DNA of 64,000 bases from Candidatus Falkowbacteria bacterium (GTDB lineage: Bacteria > Patescibacteriota > Patescibacteriia > UBA11705 > JABHMO01), in contig JABHIS010000005.1 in assembly GCA_018670895.1 (NCBI GenBank), positions 3,757-67,756 of the forward strand. Direction: 5' to 3'. Under the pieces are notes generated by a model. It did not search any database. It saw only the letters and a list, made by a program, of their open reading frames with translations, and had not been told where the DNA came from. Below, in pieces: positions 18,851 to 31,128 of the stretch (position 1 is its first letter; every line of letters begins with the position of its first letter). A program made the translations under genes and the position numbers.

Positions 18851-19306
18851 TTAACCTTTATGTTCATAATCTTTAATATTTATTCCCCGCTGTTCAATGC
18901 GTCGTAAATGCTTACGACCGACTCTAATTCGAGCCAGCTCTTTTTCTATTTGTGCAGTCAGGGCTGCAAACTCTCGAGAGTCAACTGCTTTTTGTTCTCT
19001 CAAATCTGTTGCTCTCTGCATAGCAACTTTAGCTCTTTCTAAATCAATTTCCTCTGATCGCTCTGCTCTGTCTGCTAAAACTACAACTTTAGTTGACAAT
19101 ACTTCAAGAAAACCTCCAGCAACTGACACCGTTGTTTCACCTTCTCCCTTCCTAATAATAATTTCACCAGCTTTTAAAATAGAAATTAGCGGAATATGAT
19201 TTGGCAAAATTGTAATTTCACCCATTTCTGTAGGAACAGTAACCGAATCAACGTCGTCTTTGTAAACGACTTTTTCTGGTGTAGCAATTTTAAAATTAAT
19301 TTTCAT
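18851..19306 (-). CDS. atpC: ATP synthase F1 epsilon subunit
   Basis: 151 aa. The N-terminal beta-sandwich sequence (KINFKIATPEKVVYKDDVDSVTVPTEMGEITILPNH) plus a C-terminal helical hairpin. Last gene of the atp operon. Confidence 0.85.
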   Translation of the reverse strand: MKINFKIATPEKVVYKDDVDSVTVPTEMGEITILPNHIPLISILKAGEIIIRKGEGETTVSVAGGFLEVLSTKVVVLADRAERSEEIDLERAKVAMQRATDLREQKAVDSREFAALTAQIEKELARIRVGRKHLRRIEQRGINIKDYEHKG

Positions 19307-19313
19307 GTGTTTT

Positions 19314-20684
<1,371 letters not shown>

Positions 20685-20736
20685 TTATTAGATTAAAGAT
20701 TTATAATTATATAATTACACAAAATTAATTTTCAAT

Positions 20737-21696
20737 TTAAGACTTTGACGCCGCAGCCCCAGAACTAATCTCGGCGATCTCCTGAGTAATGGCAGCTTGT
20801 CTGGCTTGATTAAAAGACAAAGTCAAATCACTAATCATATCCTCTGCAGCATCAGAGGCATTTTTCATCGCCATCATTCGAGCACTATGCTCTGAAGCTT
20901 CTGACTCCAAAACAGCTTGATAAACCTGTACTTCAATTAAACGTGGGAGTAACTGTTCCAATACTTTCTCTGCGCTTGGTTCAAAAAGATATTCATAACT
21001 GTACTTGCCTTTAATTAAATATCTTTTTCTTTTTTCGTCAATAAACTGTTTTCTGGTTCCAACACCAGCACCTTCACTTTTACCTACAACACCTAAATAC
21101 TCATCTGGTTCTGACTCAATTGGCAAAAGCTGTTTTACTCGTACTGTTTGTTTCATACTTGACTCAAAATCTGTAAAAGCCACAAACACTTTATCATACT
21201 TGCCACTACTAAAATCTTTTATGGCAATTGAAGCAACCGGCGCCACCTCATCAGCGGTTAAAGTTAAATCTTGCTTTTGGAAATCTGCCACGATATTATA
21301 TCCAGCGCTTTTAATTATATCCCTTGGTTTCGAGCCCAAAGTTATAACTTCCGTAGTTTTTATATTTTTTTCATGTTTTTTTATTGAAGCAATTGCTTTT
21401 TGTACAACTTGAAGATTAAATCCACCACATAAGCCACGATTTGATCCAATCAAAACCAAAGCGACATTTTCAATCTTATGACGGTTAACCAATAGCACAT
21501 GCTTATCCGAGTCTGTTCGCTCAGCTAAATTCAATACTGTTGCCCAGGCTAAATTTGAATAGTCACGTGTTGCCAAAACTGAATCAACCGCTTTGCGCAT
21601 TTTTGCAGCAGCGACCATTTCCATAGCCTTGGTAATTTTCCTAGTATTACCGACTGATTTTAATCGACGTTTAATTTCTCTTGTACCTTTTGCCAT
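20737..21696 (-). CDS. atpG: ATP synthase F1 gamma subunit
   Basis: 319 aa. N- and C-terminal coiled-coil helices (MAKGTREIKRRLKSVGNTRKITKAMEMVAAAKMRKA ... AAITQEIAEI). Confidence 0.9.
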   Translation of the reverse strand: MAKGTREIKRRLKSVGNTRKITKAMEMVAAAKMRKAVDSVLATRDYSNLAWATVLNLAERTDSDKHVLLVNRHKIENVALVLIGSNRGLCGGFNLQVVQKAIASIKKHEKNIKTTEVITLGSKPRDIIKSAGYNIVADFQKQDLTLTADEVAPVASIAIKDFSSGKYDKVFVAFTDFESSMKQTVRVKQLLPIESEPDEYLGVVGKSEGAGVGTRKQFIDEKRKRYLIKGKYSYEYLFEPSAEKVLEQLLPRLIEVQVYQAVLESEASEHSARMMAMKNASDAAEDMISDLTLSFNQARQAAITQEIAEISSGAAASKS

Positions 21697-21701
21697 AGAT
21701 A

Positions 21702-23234
21702 TTATGCTTTTTCTGTTTTTATTAACATTTCCTCAACAGTTCCCTTATAATCTTTAACAATTTTAACGATATCTTTTTCTAATTTTTCATCAAGTGCACC
21801 CTTCTTTTTTAGATCTAGCAATACATCCTTAGCATTATTATCAAAGTATTTATATAAACCATTTTCAAATTCGCTAACTTTTGCTACTTGTATATCATCC
21901 AAATGACCATTAATTACTGAATAAATAATAATAACTTGCTTTTCAACTTCTACTGGTTGATATTGGCCTTGTTTTAGAATTTCTGTAATTCTCTTTCCAG
22001 TTTCCAATTGCTTTTGAGTTGATTCATCCAGATCAGATCCAAATTGAGCAAAAGCTGCTAATTCACGATATTGAGCAACTTCTAATCGTAATTTCCCAGC
22101 CACTTTTTTCATGGCTTTGATTTGAGCACTTGACCCAACACGAGAAACTGACAAACCAACGTTAACAGCAGGTCTAATACCTTGATTAAATAAATCATTT
22201 TCTAAAAATATTTGACCGTCAGTAATAGAAATAACATTTGTTGGGATGTAAGCTGAAATATCGCCTGCCTGTGTTTCAATTATTGGTAAAGCAGTAATAG
22301 AACCACCACCAAAATCTTCATTCAATTTAGCAGACCGCTCAAGTAGACGTGAATGTAAGTAAAACACATCACCAGGATAAGCTTCACGCCCAGGTGGACG
22401 TTTTAGAAGCAAGGAAATCTCACGATAAGCTACGGCATGCTTGGATAAATCATCATACACAATCAAAACGTCTTTGCCTTGATCCAAAAAGTACTCAGCC
22501 ATGGCACAGCCCGCCTGTGGCGCGATATAACTAATTGAAGCTGGCATAGATGCTCCAGCTAATACAATAATTGTGTGCTCCATTGCACCTTCTTCTTCCA
22601 GCTTAGCAACAATCTTTGCAATTTTTGATTCTTTCTGACCGATAGCCACGTATACACAAATTAAGTCCTTACCTTTTTGATTAATAATAGTATCAATAGC
22701 AATTGCGGTTTTTCCTGTTTGCCTATCACCAATAATTAATTCTCGTTGTCCACGTCCAATTGGAATCATTGAATCAATAGCTTTAATTCCTGTTTGAACA
22801 GGCTGATGCACTGATTTTCTAGTAATAACTCCCGGCGCGATCTTTTCAACAGGATAAAAAGTTTCTGTTTGAATTTTTCCTTTACCGTCTAATGGAGCTC
22901 CCAAAGGATCAAGAACACGACCGATAGTTGCTTCCCCTACTGGAACTTGCAAAATTTTACCTGTACTTTTAACAATTGTCCCTTCCTTAATTTCAAGACA
23001 GTCACCCAAAATCATTGCTCCAACTAATTCTTCCTCTAAATTCAAAGCAACTCCAAATACACCATTGCCAAAATCCAACATTTCAGCAGACATAACCTCA
23101 GAAAGACCAGCTATTTTTGCAATTCCATCACCAACTTCAACAACTCGTCCTGTTTCTTCAACTGACATGTTCTCATCAAAATCAGCAATCTGTTTTTTTA
23201 ATGTTTCAACTACAAAGTCTTTATTTTTCGACAT
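21702..23234 (-). CDS. atpA: ATP synthase F1 alpha subunit
   Basis: 510 aa. P-loop GDRQTGKT. Confidence 0.95.
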   Translation of the reverse strand: MSKNKDFVVETLKKQIADFDENMSVEETGRVVEVGDGIAKIAGLSEVMSAEMLDFGNGVFGVALNLEEELVGAMILGDCLEIKEGTIVKSTGKILQVPVGEATIGRVLDPLGAPLDGKGKIQTETFYPVEKIAPGVITRKSVHQPVQTGIKAIDSMIPIGRGQRELIIGDRQTGKTAIAIDTIINQKGKDLICVYVAIGQKESKIAKIVAKLEEEGAMEHTIIVLAGASMPASISYIAPQAGCAMAEYFLDQGKDVLIVYDDLSKHAVAYREISLLLKRPPGREAYPGDVFYLHSRLLERSAKLNEDFGGGSITALPIIETQAGDISAYIPTNVISITDGQIFLENDLFNQGIRPAVNVGLSVSRVGSSAQIKAMKKVAGKLRLEVAQYRELAAFAQFGSDLDESTQKQLETGKRITEILKQGQYQPVEVEKQVIIIYSVINGHLDDIQVAKVSEFENGLYKYFDNNAKDVLLDLKKKGALDEKLEKDIVKIVKDYKGTVEEMLIKTEKA

Positions 23235-23270
23235 AATAAATAAAATTATTAAAAATTAATGTTTATATAT

Positions 23271-23810
23271 TTATTCAAAGTTTTCTATTTTTTTCTCAAG
23301 ACGATTTATTTTTCCGTAAACACTACCATCAATAACCATATCACCAATAATTATTTTCAATCCCCCCAACAAGCTTTCATTTATAACATTTCGCAAAACA
23401 ACACTTGAACCGATCTTCTTTTTTACAATTTGGTTTATTGCCTTCTCCATTTCTGGGGTTAATGGGATAACTGACTCCACTACTATTTCTTCAATTTCAT
23501 TATTTTTCAGGTTAGATTTTTTAGTTTGTTGTAAAATTTGGGAAAGATATATTAACTTATTATTTTTGATTAAGAGATACAAAAAATTATAAGTTCTTTT
23601 ACTTAGAAAATCCTGGAAAATATTACTTAATGCTTCCTTTTTTTGAGCAAAAGTAACCTGCTTATTCATTAAATATTTTTTAAAATCCAAATTCTCTGCC
23701 AGCTTTTCTTCTACATTCTTTAATTCGTCAATTATTTGATCGTAGCAGTTGTGTTCCACCCCTAGCTCAATCAACGATTTTGCGTAATGTTTTATTTTGG
23801 CAATTTTCAT
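23271..23810 (-). CDS. atpH: ATP synthase F1 delta (OSCP) subunit
   Basis: 179-aa helical protein located between atpF and atpA. Confidence 0.7.
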   Translation of the reverse strand: MKIAKIKHYAKSLIELGVEHNCYDQIIDELKNVEEKLAENLDFKKYLMNKQVTFAQKKEALSNIFQDFLSKRTYNFLYLLIKNNKLIYLSQILQQTKKSNLKNNEIEEIVVESVIPLTPEMEKAINQIVKKKIGSSVVLRNVINESLLGGLKIIIGDMVIDGSVYGKINRLEKKIENFE

Positions 23811-23812
23811 AG

Positions 23813-24325
23813 TTATTTCAAATCCGCATTTTTCAAGTCCGCGATTGTTTGCTCAATTAATTTCTTATGTTTTTTTTCATCAATTGACCCAGATGCAATT
23901 TTATCCAACGCCAAGGCTATTAGTCCGCCAAGTTCATCTTTAACATCCTTCAACATCAATGTTCGCTCAGCACCGATCTGTGAGCGTGCATCAGTAATAA
24001 TTTTTTCGACTTCCTTTTGTGCTTTAGTTACTTTTTCTGCTCGCACCTCTTCTCCCTGTTTTTCTGACTTAGAAATAATGCCCTGAGCTTCCTTTCTTCC
24101 CTTTTTTACTTCCACTTCTCTTTCTTCTTCAATCTCTAACATTTTTCCCTCAATTTTTTCTGCATCAGTAATACCTTTTTTGATTTTTTCCTCACGTTCT
24201 TTCATTAACTTAACCAAAGGCTTCAAAGCAAAGACTCCAAGCACTACAATAACAATTACAAAATTAACACTTTGCGCTATTAATAATCGCCAGTCAATGT
24301 GAAATGTTTTTATTAAATCATCCAT
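23813..24325 (-). CDS. atpF: ATP synthase Fo subunit b
   Basis: 170 aa. Single N-terminal TM followed by a long charged coiled coil. Confidence 0.75.
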   Translation of the reverse strand: MDDLIKTFHIDWRLLIAQSVNFVIVIVVLGVFALKPLVKLMKEREEKIKKGITDAEKIEGKMLEIEEEREVEVKKGRKEAQGIISKSEKQGEEVRAEKVTKAQKEVEKIITDARSQIGAERTLMLKDVKDELGGLIALALDKIASGSIDEKKHKKLIEQTIADLKNADLK

Positions 24326-24414
24326 ATAAAATAGTTAAAAGTTAAAAGTTTATAAAGCTATAAAGATAATACTCTTGGACCTGCTCCGAATAATTTCGAA
24401 GCAGAACAAAAATA

Positions 24415-24636
<222 letters not shown>

Positions 24637-24705
24637 TTAACTTTCAAATCGACTGGATTGTTTCTTGTTTAAAGTCGTTATTCAGTTAATTATATTAATA
24701 ATTAA

Positions 24706-25605
24706 TTAATGTTCGTCACTCATGGCAATAGAAAAATATACTAAACTCAACATAGCAAATATCAAGGCTTGAATTACACCAACGATTATCTCCAAGAACA
24801 TAAACGGAATTGGCAGACCAAATGCAAAAATAACGGCAATTGACGACAATAGCACTTCACCTGCAAAAACATTCCCAAATAAACGAAATGACAAAGAAGC
24901 AACTTTAGCAATCTCTCCAATTATTTCAACCAACCCAACGAAAAACTTAATTGGATTGACCACCACAATAGTTGGGTCTTTTCTAATTTTCATTGGAATA
25001 TGCGCCAACGCCTTCAAATTAACAAATTTATTCAAATGCTTAAATGTGCCAACTGAGATCATACCAAAAATGTTGGCCACAACTACAGATATTAGAGCAA
25101 GGGCTAAAGTAGTATTCAAATCAGCTGTTCCTCCCCGAAAAAGTGGTACAAAAACTTTATGACCAAGGCCCTCTTGAATAAATCCAATAGACCCGATTCC
25201 AGGCAGTAAGCCCAACCAATTATTCATCAAAATAAAAACGAAAAAGGTTAAGACAATTGGGAACACTTTCATGGATTTTTTATGATCACCGGTAACTGAA
25301 TCACAAAGATTTACACCTCCCTCAACAATCATCTCAAAAATATTTTGAATCCCTTTTGGTATTTGTTTAAGTTTTATTCTTATTGCAACGGCCAAAACAA
25401 CCAAAACCACAACCACAATCCAGGTATTTAACAATGAATTAGTAATAGTAAAATTTCCAACATTAAGAATTGGCTCAGCACCAAGGGTTATTTCATGCCC
25501 TATATGTTCTTTAGTGGCATGTGTCTCCTGATTTCCAACCTCCTCATTATTAATGATTACCTGGAGATTTTCATTCTCATGATTTTCTTCTAGTTGCAAA
25601 TTCAT
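24706..25605 (-). CDS. atpB: ATP synthase Fo subunit a (with N-terminal extension)
   Basis: 299 aa and polytopic. The conserved Arg-containing C-terminal helix region (...SLSFRLFGNVFAGEVLL...). Confidence 0.85.
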   Translation of the reverse strand: MNLQLEENHENENLQVIINNEEVGNQETHATKEHIGHEITLGAEPILNVGNFTITNSLLNTWIVVVVLVVLAVAIRIKLKQIPKGIQNIFEMIVEGGVNLCDSVTGDHKKSMKVFPIVLTFFVFILMNNWLGLLPGIGSIGFIQEGLGHKVFVPLFRGGTADLNTTLALALISVVVANIFGMISVGTFKHLNKFVNLKALAHIPMKIRKDPTIVVVNPIKFFVGLVEIIGEIAKVASLSFRLFGNVFAGEVLLSSIAVIFAFGLPIPFMFLEIIVGVIQALIFAMLSLVYFSIAMSDEH

Positions 25606-25871
25606 ATTTCTTTAGTTTCCTTCGATTTGTTCGGTTTATCCATCTTCTTCATTTCTCGGATTGTTATTACAATCAAACCAATATTGGTAATTAAAAAAGC
25701 CACTGCTAAACAAACGATTAGGTAGAGTGGCTCGCTTTCAAACTTAGTATCAATCCAGCGCCCTAAATAAAGCCCCGCTATAATTGGGAAAACAATCCAT
25801 CCTGAAACCTGCGCAAAAAATTCAATTGCCGGTTTCCACCATAATTTGTCTTGTTTTTTATCTTTAAGCAT
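25602..25871 (-). CDS. AtpI/AtpZ-like small membrane protein
   Basis: 89 aa, two TM helices. First gene of the atp operon, overlapping atpB by 4 bp. Confidence 0.45.
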   Translation of the reverse strand: MLKDKKQDKLWWKPAIEFFAQVSGWIVFPIIAGLYLGRWIDTKFESEPLYLIVCLAVAFLITNIGLIVITIREMKKMDKPNKSKETKEI

Positions 25872-25985
25872 ATGAAAGCAACTTCATTCTATCATTAAAT
25901 TGAAAAAGGGTCAAGAGTTTTGTACACATGCCAGAAATGTAATAAAAAACCTGTTTTTTACATAAACAGGTTTTCTTATATTTTA

Positions 25986-26816
25986 TTATAACTTGAACAA
26001 TTTCTTAGCATTTTCATCAGTTTGTTTTTCAACTTGTTGAACGGACAAACCCTTCAATTCAGCAATCTTGGCAATCACATATTCCACAAAGGCCGGTTCG
26101 TTCCTTTTTCCCCTATGTGGAACAGGAGTTAAATACGGACAATCTGTTTCTGTAACAATTTTTTCTAGTGAGGTTTGTTTAATCACTTCATGATATTTTT
26201 CTGCCTTGTTAAATGTGATCACACCATTAAACCCTAAATAAAAACCTAAATCAACTAATTCAACAGCTTGTTCGGCTGAACCAATAAAACAGTGAATAAC
26301 TCCCCCCTTTTTAATTCGATTATTTTTCAAAATCTGAATTAAATCCTCATACGCTTCACGACAATGAAGAATCATAGGTAAATCCAATTCATTCGCCAGT
26401 TCTATATGTTTGATTAGAACTTGTTTTTGTTTTGTAATCTGCTCATCTTTATCATCTTCTGTTAAATGGTAATAATCCAACCCCGTTTCACCGATAGCGA
26501 CTATTTTATCTGAACTTTTTCCAAGTTGTAAATATTTATCATAATCAAATTCTTCCGCCCGAGAAACAAACTCCACTTTTTCTTTATTATCAACTTGATG
26601 AGAGACTTCCCTTTCTTGTAAATGAATTGGATGCAAGGCAACAGCAACATAAACACCAGATTCATACTTTTCTGCCATTTGAACTGCTCGTTCACTGGTC
26701 GAGTACTGCGAACCAACCAAAATCATTCCAACGCCTTTTTCTTGCGCGCGTTTAATCACTTCGTCTGAGTCTTCTTTGTATGCGCTAAAGTTTACATGCG
26801 CATGAGTATCGAACAT
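25986..26816 (-). CDS. tatD: TatD-family metal-dependent hydrolase (DNase)
   Basis: MFDTHAHVNF... HxH metal motif and TIM-barrel TatD pattern. Confidence 0.8.
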   Translation of the reverse strand: MFDTHAHVNFSAYKEDSDEVIKRAQEKGVGMILVGSQYSTSERAVQMAEKYESGVYVAVALHPIHLQEREVSHQVDNKEKVEFVSRAEEFDYDKYLQLGKSSDKIVAIGETGLDYYHLTEDDKDEQITKQKQVLIKHIELANELDLPMILHCREAYEDLIQILKNNRIKKGGVIHCFIGSAEQAVELVDLGFYLGFNGVITFNKAEKYHEVIKQTSLEKIVTETDCPYLTPVPHRGKRNEPAFVEYVIAKIAELKGLSVQQVEKQTDENAKKLFKL

Positions 26817-26869
26817 ACAATTAATAAGGCTAAATATGGCGAAACAAGGTAATAAGGCACAACATAAAG

Positions 26870-28387
26870 TTATTTACGGATAAATAGTGGTTCACCTTTT
26901 TCAACCTTAGTTCCGGGTTTAATTCGGCCGACTTTTGTAGCTTCTTCATAAGCTAATTCGTCTTCGCCGAGACGCATTAGAATTTCCGCGCTCGTTTCTG
27001 GAAGAATTGGCTTAAGTAACCAACCTAAGTGACGAAGTATTTCTAGAAGATTATATATCACTTGATCAAGTTCGGTTTGCTTATTTTCCTTTCCAAGAAC
27101 CCACGGCTTTGTTTTATCAATGTATCCATCACACCAGCTAATTACATCCCAAACTTCTCTCAGGTTTTCAAAAATCTTATAATCCGTAAAACCTTTATCA
27201 ATTTTTTGCCAGGTTTTTTTTAAATCCAAGTTAGTGTCAAACTTTTTGTTCGGAACCTTTGAATCACAATACTTTTCAGCCATACTTAAAACACGACTAG
27301 TAAGATTACCGATGCCATTCGCCAAATCAGCATTAAACTTAACTGGAAACTCATCAACTTTCACATCACCGTCCTGGCCAAATACAAATTGAGAAATTAT
27401 TAAATAACGAGCCGCATCAGCTCCGTATTCCTCAACCAGGTCATTGGGGTCAATGACATTACCCAACGTTTTACTCATTTTTTTTCCGTTTAAGGTAAAG
27501 AAGCCATGCACAAACAGTTCTTTTGGTTGTTCAATCTCAGCAGCCAGAAGCATTACCGGCCAAATAATACAATGAAATTTCAAAATGTCCTTTGCTAATA
27601 AATGCGTATCAGCCGGCCAAAACTCTTTGAAGTTTTCTCCCGAAGGAAACCCAAGAGCTGAGATATAATTGATCAAAGCGTCAACCCAAACATAAATTGT
27701 TTGCTTTTTATCAAACGGGACCGGAATTCCCCAATCAACATTTGCGCGACTAACAGCAATATCTTCCAAACCGTGTTCAATAAAACTTAACACCTCTTTC
27801 TTTTTGTCAGCCGGTAAAATCTTAATCTCATCTGACTCAATCTTTTTCTTTAATACATCTGCATAGTCAGACAACTTTATATACCAATTTTCTTCAGACA
27901 ATGTTTGAGGTTCTTTGTTATGATCAGGACATTTACCTTCTACCAAATCATCTTCTTTTTTATATGCCTCACAACCAACACAATACAATCCTTCATAAGT
28001 GTCCTTGAAAATAAAATCGTTACCCTTCGGCGTTTTTGCGGATTTTAACTTTGTCAGAACCTCACCAACCACTTTTTCATGTCGATCTTCAGTTGTACGA
28101 ATAAAATCATCAAATGAAATATTTAATTTTCCCCAAGCCGACTTAAACTCAGCAGAGACCTCATCCACAAAAATCTGTGGCTCCTTGTTTTCTGCTTTTG
28201 CTGACTGAGCGACCTTGGCACCATGTTCATCAGTCCCAGTCAAAAACCAAACCTTATCGCTTCCAAGTTTGAAACGATTATAGCGAGCCAACACATCTGC
28301 AACAATTGTAGTATAGGCATGTCCAATGTGTGGCTTGTCATTTACATAGTAAATGGGAGTTGTAATGTAAAATTTATTTTTTTCCAT
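26870..28387 (-). CDS. metG: Methionine--tRNA ligase
   Basis: HIGH motif PHIGHAYT, KMSKS motif KMSKTLGNV and a zinc knuckle CVGCEAY...CPDH. Start at MEKNKFYITTPIYYVN. Confidence 0.9.
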   Translation of the reverse strand: MEKNKFYITTPIYYVNDKPHIGHAYTTIVADVLARYNRFKLGSDKVWFLTGTDEHGAKVAQSAKAENKEPQIFVDEVSAEFKSAWGKLNISFDDFIRTTEDRHEKVVGEVLTKLKSAKTPKGNDFIFKDTYEGLYCVGCEAYKKEDDLVEGKCPDHNKEPQTLSEENWYIKLSDYADVLKKKIESDEIKILPADKKKEVLSFIEHGLEDIAVSRANVDWGIPVPFDKKQTIYVWVDALINYISALGFPSGENFKEFWPADTHLLAKDILKFHCIIWPVMLLAAEIEQPKELFVHGFFTLNGKKMSKTLGNVIDPNDLVEEYGADAARYLIISQFVFGQDGDVKVDEFPVKFNADLANGIGNLTSRVLSMAEKYCDSKVPNKKFDTNLDLKKTWQKIDKGFTDYKIFENLREVWDVISWCDGYIDKTKPWVLGKENKQTELDQVIYNLLEILRHLGWLLKPILPETSAEILMRLGEDELAYEEATKVGRIKPGTKVEKGEPLFIRK

Positions 28388-28388
28388 A

Positions 28389-29033
28389 TTATTTTTTTGG
28401 CGAAATAACAACTGTAAACTCACCTTTTTCTTTTACTTGTTCTAGAATTTCTTCAGCTGTACCTCTATATATTGTTTCAAATTTTTTAGTTAATTCACGA
28501 GCAACTACAATTTGTCGATCTTCTTCAAGTTCAGTTTTCAACTTTTCTAGTGTTTTAATGATTCTGTGTGGTGATTCATAAAAACAAACTGTATATTTTG
28601 AATTTTTCATTAAGTCTAACGTCTTTTGTTGCCCCTTGCGAGGCATAAATCCTAGAAACAGGAACTTATCGGTTGGATAACCTGAAATTGATAAAGCAGA
28701 AGCTACTGCGCTTGGTCCTGGAATTGGACAAACTTCATACCCAGCTTCAATTGCTAATTGAACTAATTTACCACCAGGATCAGAAATTCCTGGGGTTCCA
28801 GCATCGGACACATAAGCGATGTCTTCATATTCAGCAATCAGCCTTTCAATTTTTTCTTCTGATGAATGCTGATGTAAGCTGATTAGCTTTTTCTTCAATT
28901 CAAACTTTTCAACCAACTTTCTAGTTTGCCGGGTATCTTCACAAAGAATAACATCTACATTTTTCAATACTTCAATTGCACGTAATGTCATATCCTGTAA
29001 ATTTCCAATTGGGGTTCCAACAATGTAAATCAT
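28389..29033 (-). CDS. rsmI: 16S rRNA (cytidine1402-2'-O)-methyltransferase
   Basis: MIYIVGTPIGNLQDMTLRAIEVLKNVDVILCEDTRQTRKL. This is the tetrapyrrole-methylase fold of RsmI. Confidence 0.85.
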   Translation of the reverse strand: MIYIVGTPIGNLQDMTLRAIEVLKNVDVILCEDTRQTRKLVEKFELKKKLISLHQHSSEEKIERLIAEYEDIAYVSDAGTPGISDPGGKLVQLAIEAGYEVCPIPGPSAVASALSISGYPTDKFLFLGFMPRKGQQKTLDLMKNSKYTVCFYESPHRIIKTLEKLKTELEEDRQIVVARELTKKFETIYRGTAEEILEQVKEKGEFTVVISPKK

Positions 29034-29085
29034 ATTAACTAAATTATAGCAAAATTTAGCAATTTGTCCATGTATCCCACGGCAC

Positions 29086-29114
29086 TTGACAAGATTATAG
29101 ATTTATGCTATAAT
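29086..29114 (+). promoter_or_regulatory. Consensus sigma70-type promoter (TTGACA-17 bp-TATAAT)
   Basis: ttgaca at 29086-29091, a 17-bp spacer, then tataat at 29109-29114. This is a perfect match to both hexamers. Confidence 0.55.
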
Positions 29115-29120
29115 GTGGCT

Positions 29121-29296
29121 ACATGTTTCATAGAAAAAACTATTGTCGAAAAAAGGAGGTGAACCATGGGGGCATGGCGGAGAAATACCGCAGTTGGTCA
29201 AAGTTAACTCGGTGTAACGAGTCACAGGCCAATAAGCCCAACAATCTACAGAAACAACACATCGCGCCCCGATCAACGTCGGGGCGCACTATTTTT
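29121..29296 (+). ncRNA. Candidate small transcript (sRNA or micro-ORF leader) between the consensus promoter and an intrinsic terminator
   Basis: Predicted TSS about 29121. Contains the strong SD aaaggagg and a 13-codon ORF (MGAWRRNTAVGQS). Ends at the hairpin gcgccccg-atcaacgt-cggggcgc followed by actattttt. Confidence 0.35.
29264..29296 (+). terminator. Rho-independent terminator
   Basis: Perfect 8-bp GC stem (29264-29271 / 29280-29287) with an 8-nt loop, followed by a T-run. Confidence 0.6.
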
Positions 29297-29689
29297 AAAT
29301 TATCCACAATCGTATTGACTCTCGTAATTTGACATGATATTATATAAAAGCCTTTTGAGGAGAAAGGCAAAGGTAAAACTGATTTTGAAAACTGAAGGAG
29401 GGAATCACGCTTAAACCTACAATTAGAGCGAGTAATTAAGGTCAAATGGCCTTACCACTACGAGTTGACGTCAACGTAACGTCCCGTAGGGAAAAAAACA
29501 AAGCACCGCGCTAGGCACACAATCTTTGGAAAGAGGAATAGACAGCTTGTCTGTCAATCCCGATAAGGCAACCTGTCATCCACAAGATGAAAGGAAAACA
29601 AGATTGGTCCAATAAAGCCGGTGCATTTTTTTACAAAAAATTAAAAGGAGACTTTTTGTTGCAAAAAGCCTCCCTTGATAACGTATCAT

Positions 29690-29953
29690 TCACCTAGCAC
29701 ATTCTTCACACTGACCACAATCACATTCGTTAACATTAATTTCCCTGATTGGCCGAATCATTACAGTTTCTTCAATATTAACTAGCGCACCTGTTTCGAC
29801 ATGAACAGCACAACAAACTTCACCTGTTTCTCCATCAATCAACTGATGACGTTCCGGAATTTTCAGAAACAAATCCTCCTGAGTGCCAGACTCATTAAGC
29901 TTAAACAACGTTGTACCATGCTCCTCCGCGTCAAGATCAGCAAAACAGATCAT
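29690..29953 (-). CDS. Small Cys-rich hypothetical protein
   Basis: 87 aa with a C-terminal CDCGQCEEC cluster plus CC..H. Possible metal-binding. Confidence 0.4.
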   Translation of the reverse strand: MICFADLDAEEHGTTLFKLNESGTQEDLFLKIPERHQLIDGETGEVCCAVHVETGALVNIEETVMIRPIREINVNECDCGQCEECAR

Positions 29954-30079
29954 TCAATTCCTCCGAAAAAAGGTTAACCTTGCTTTTAAAACATATCTGA
30001 GTAATACCTAATACTAACAGGTTTCTAAGAAAATGTCAACTCTTTTAAAATCAATCAGACTTGCTATAATAAAGACACT

Positions 30080-30958
30080 ATGAAATCCAAGCGTAACAAA
30101 ACTATAAGCGTCACAAAAGAGGATGAAAAAAACTTTCCAGTTTTTAAAATACACAATACCCAACCTCCAAGACCAAATTTAATCAACAAACTTTTTTATG
30201 GAGACTGCATTAAAGAGATGTCTAAATTACCAGACAGTTTTGTTGACTTAATCGTAACTGACCCACCCTACACCATACGCAAAGATTTCGGTAAAGGCAC
30301 CGTCACCACGAAAGAAAAAGAATTTATAACCTGGTGCGAAAACTGGATTGAACAATGTTTTCGAATACTCAAGCCAAACGGTTCAATTTATATTTGCATA
30401 AACTGGGAAGCTTCAACTATTATTGAAGCTATCTTAAAAAACCATTTCATAATTCGCAATCGCATTACATGGAAGAGAGACAAAGGGCGCGGCGCCAAAA
30501 AGAATTGGAAAAATAACATGGAAGATATCTGGTTTGCAACCAAGGGCGATGATTACACTTTTAATTTAGAGGCTGTTAAAGTTAAAAAAGCTGTTATCGC
30601 CCCATACGTTGACAAAAAAGGAAAACCAAAAGATTGGCAGGAAGTTGATGGCAAGAAATTTCGTATGACTCACCCATCCAACATTTGGACTGATTTAACG
30701 GTCCCCTTTTGGTCAATGCCGGAAAACACTGAACATCCTACCCAAAAACCGGAAAAACTTATTGAAAGAATTATACTAGCAAGTTCGAACAAAGGGGAAT
30801 TAATTTTTGATCCATTCATGGGCTCTGGAACAACCGCTGTAGTTGCTAAACGACTAGAACGAAACTACTTAGGCTTTGAAATTGAAAAACGGTTTTATAT
30901 TTTGGCTCAGAAACGACTCAAAGCATTGAATCAACTCCGCGAAAGCATAGGCATTTAG
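30080..30958 (+). CDS. DNA methyltransferase, beta-class (N6-adenine or N4-cytosine), orphan
   Basis: Motif IV LIVTDPPY precedes motif I FDPFMGSGTTAVVA, which is the beta-group order. No restriction endonuclease candidate nearby. Confidence 0.8.
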   Translation: MKSKRNKTISVTKEDEKNFPVFKIHNTQPPRPNLINKLFYGDCIKEMSKLPDSFVDLIVTDPPYTIRKDFGKGTVTTKEKEFITWCENWIEQCFRILKPNGSIYICINWEASTIIEAILKNHFIIRNRITWKRDKGRGAKKNWKNNMEDIWFATKGDDYTFNLEAVKVKKAVIAPYVDKKGKPKDWQEVDGKKFRMTHPSNIWTDLTVPFWSMPENTEHPTQKPEKLIERIILASSNKGELIFDPFMGSGTTAVVAKRLERNYLGFEIEKRFYILAQKRLKALNQLRESIGI

Positions 30959-31128
30959 AAGTTCAAAACAATAAACAATTTATTACTTGGGGTCTAGGGC
31001 GGAGTTCGCCGAAGCAGACGCTTCAAACATGCCAAGACCCACGCGATTTGAGCCCCAGCGCTTTTTGCGCTACTTTTTGGCGCCAAAAAGTAGCAAAATA
31101 AAAAACGACTCTGCCTCTTCAAATAAAA

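Noticed and set aside
29123-29445. Six-frame ORFs of 69 aa (+) and 101 aa (-) inside the long non-coding locus
   Set aside because: No RBS. The plus ORF reads straight through a strong terminator hairpin. Composition is unlike the neighbouring proteins. Treated as non-coding.
29120-29650. tmRNA, RNase P RNA or SRP RNA as the identity of the long spacer
   Set aside because: No tRNA-like acceptor/T-arm (GGTTCGANTCC ... CCA), no RNase P P4 strand (GGAAAGUCCGG) and no SRP domain IV (GGAAGCAGCC) found by eye. Left as unassigned candidate sRNA.
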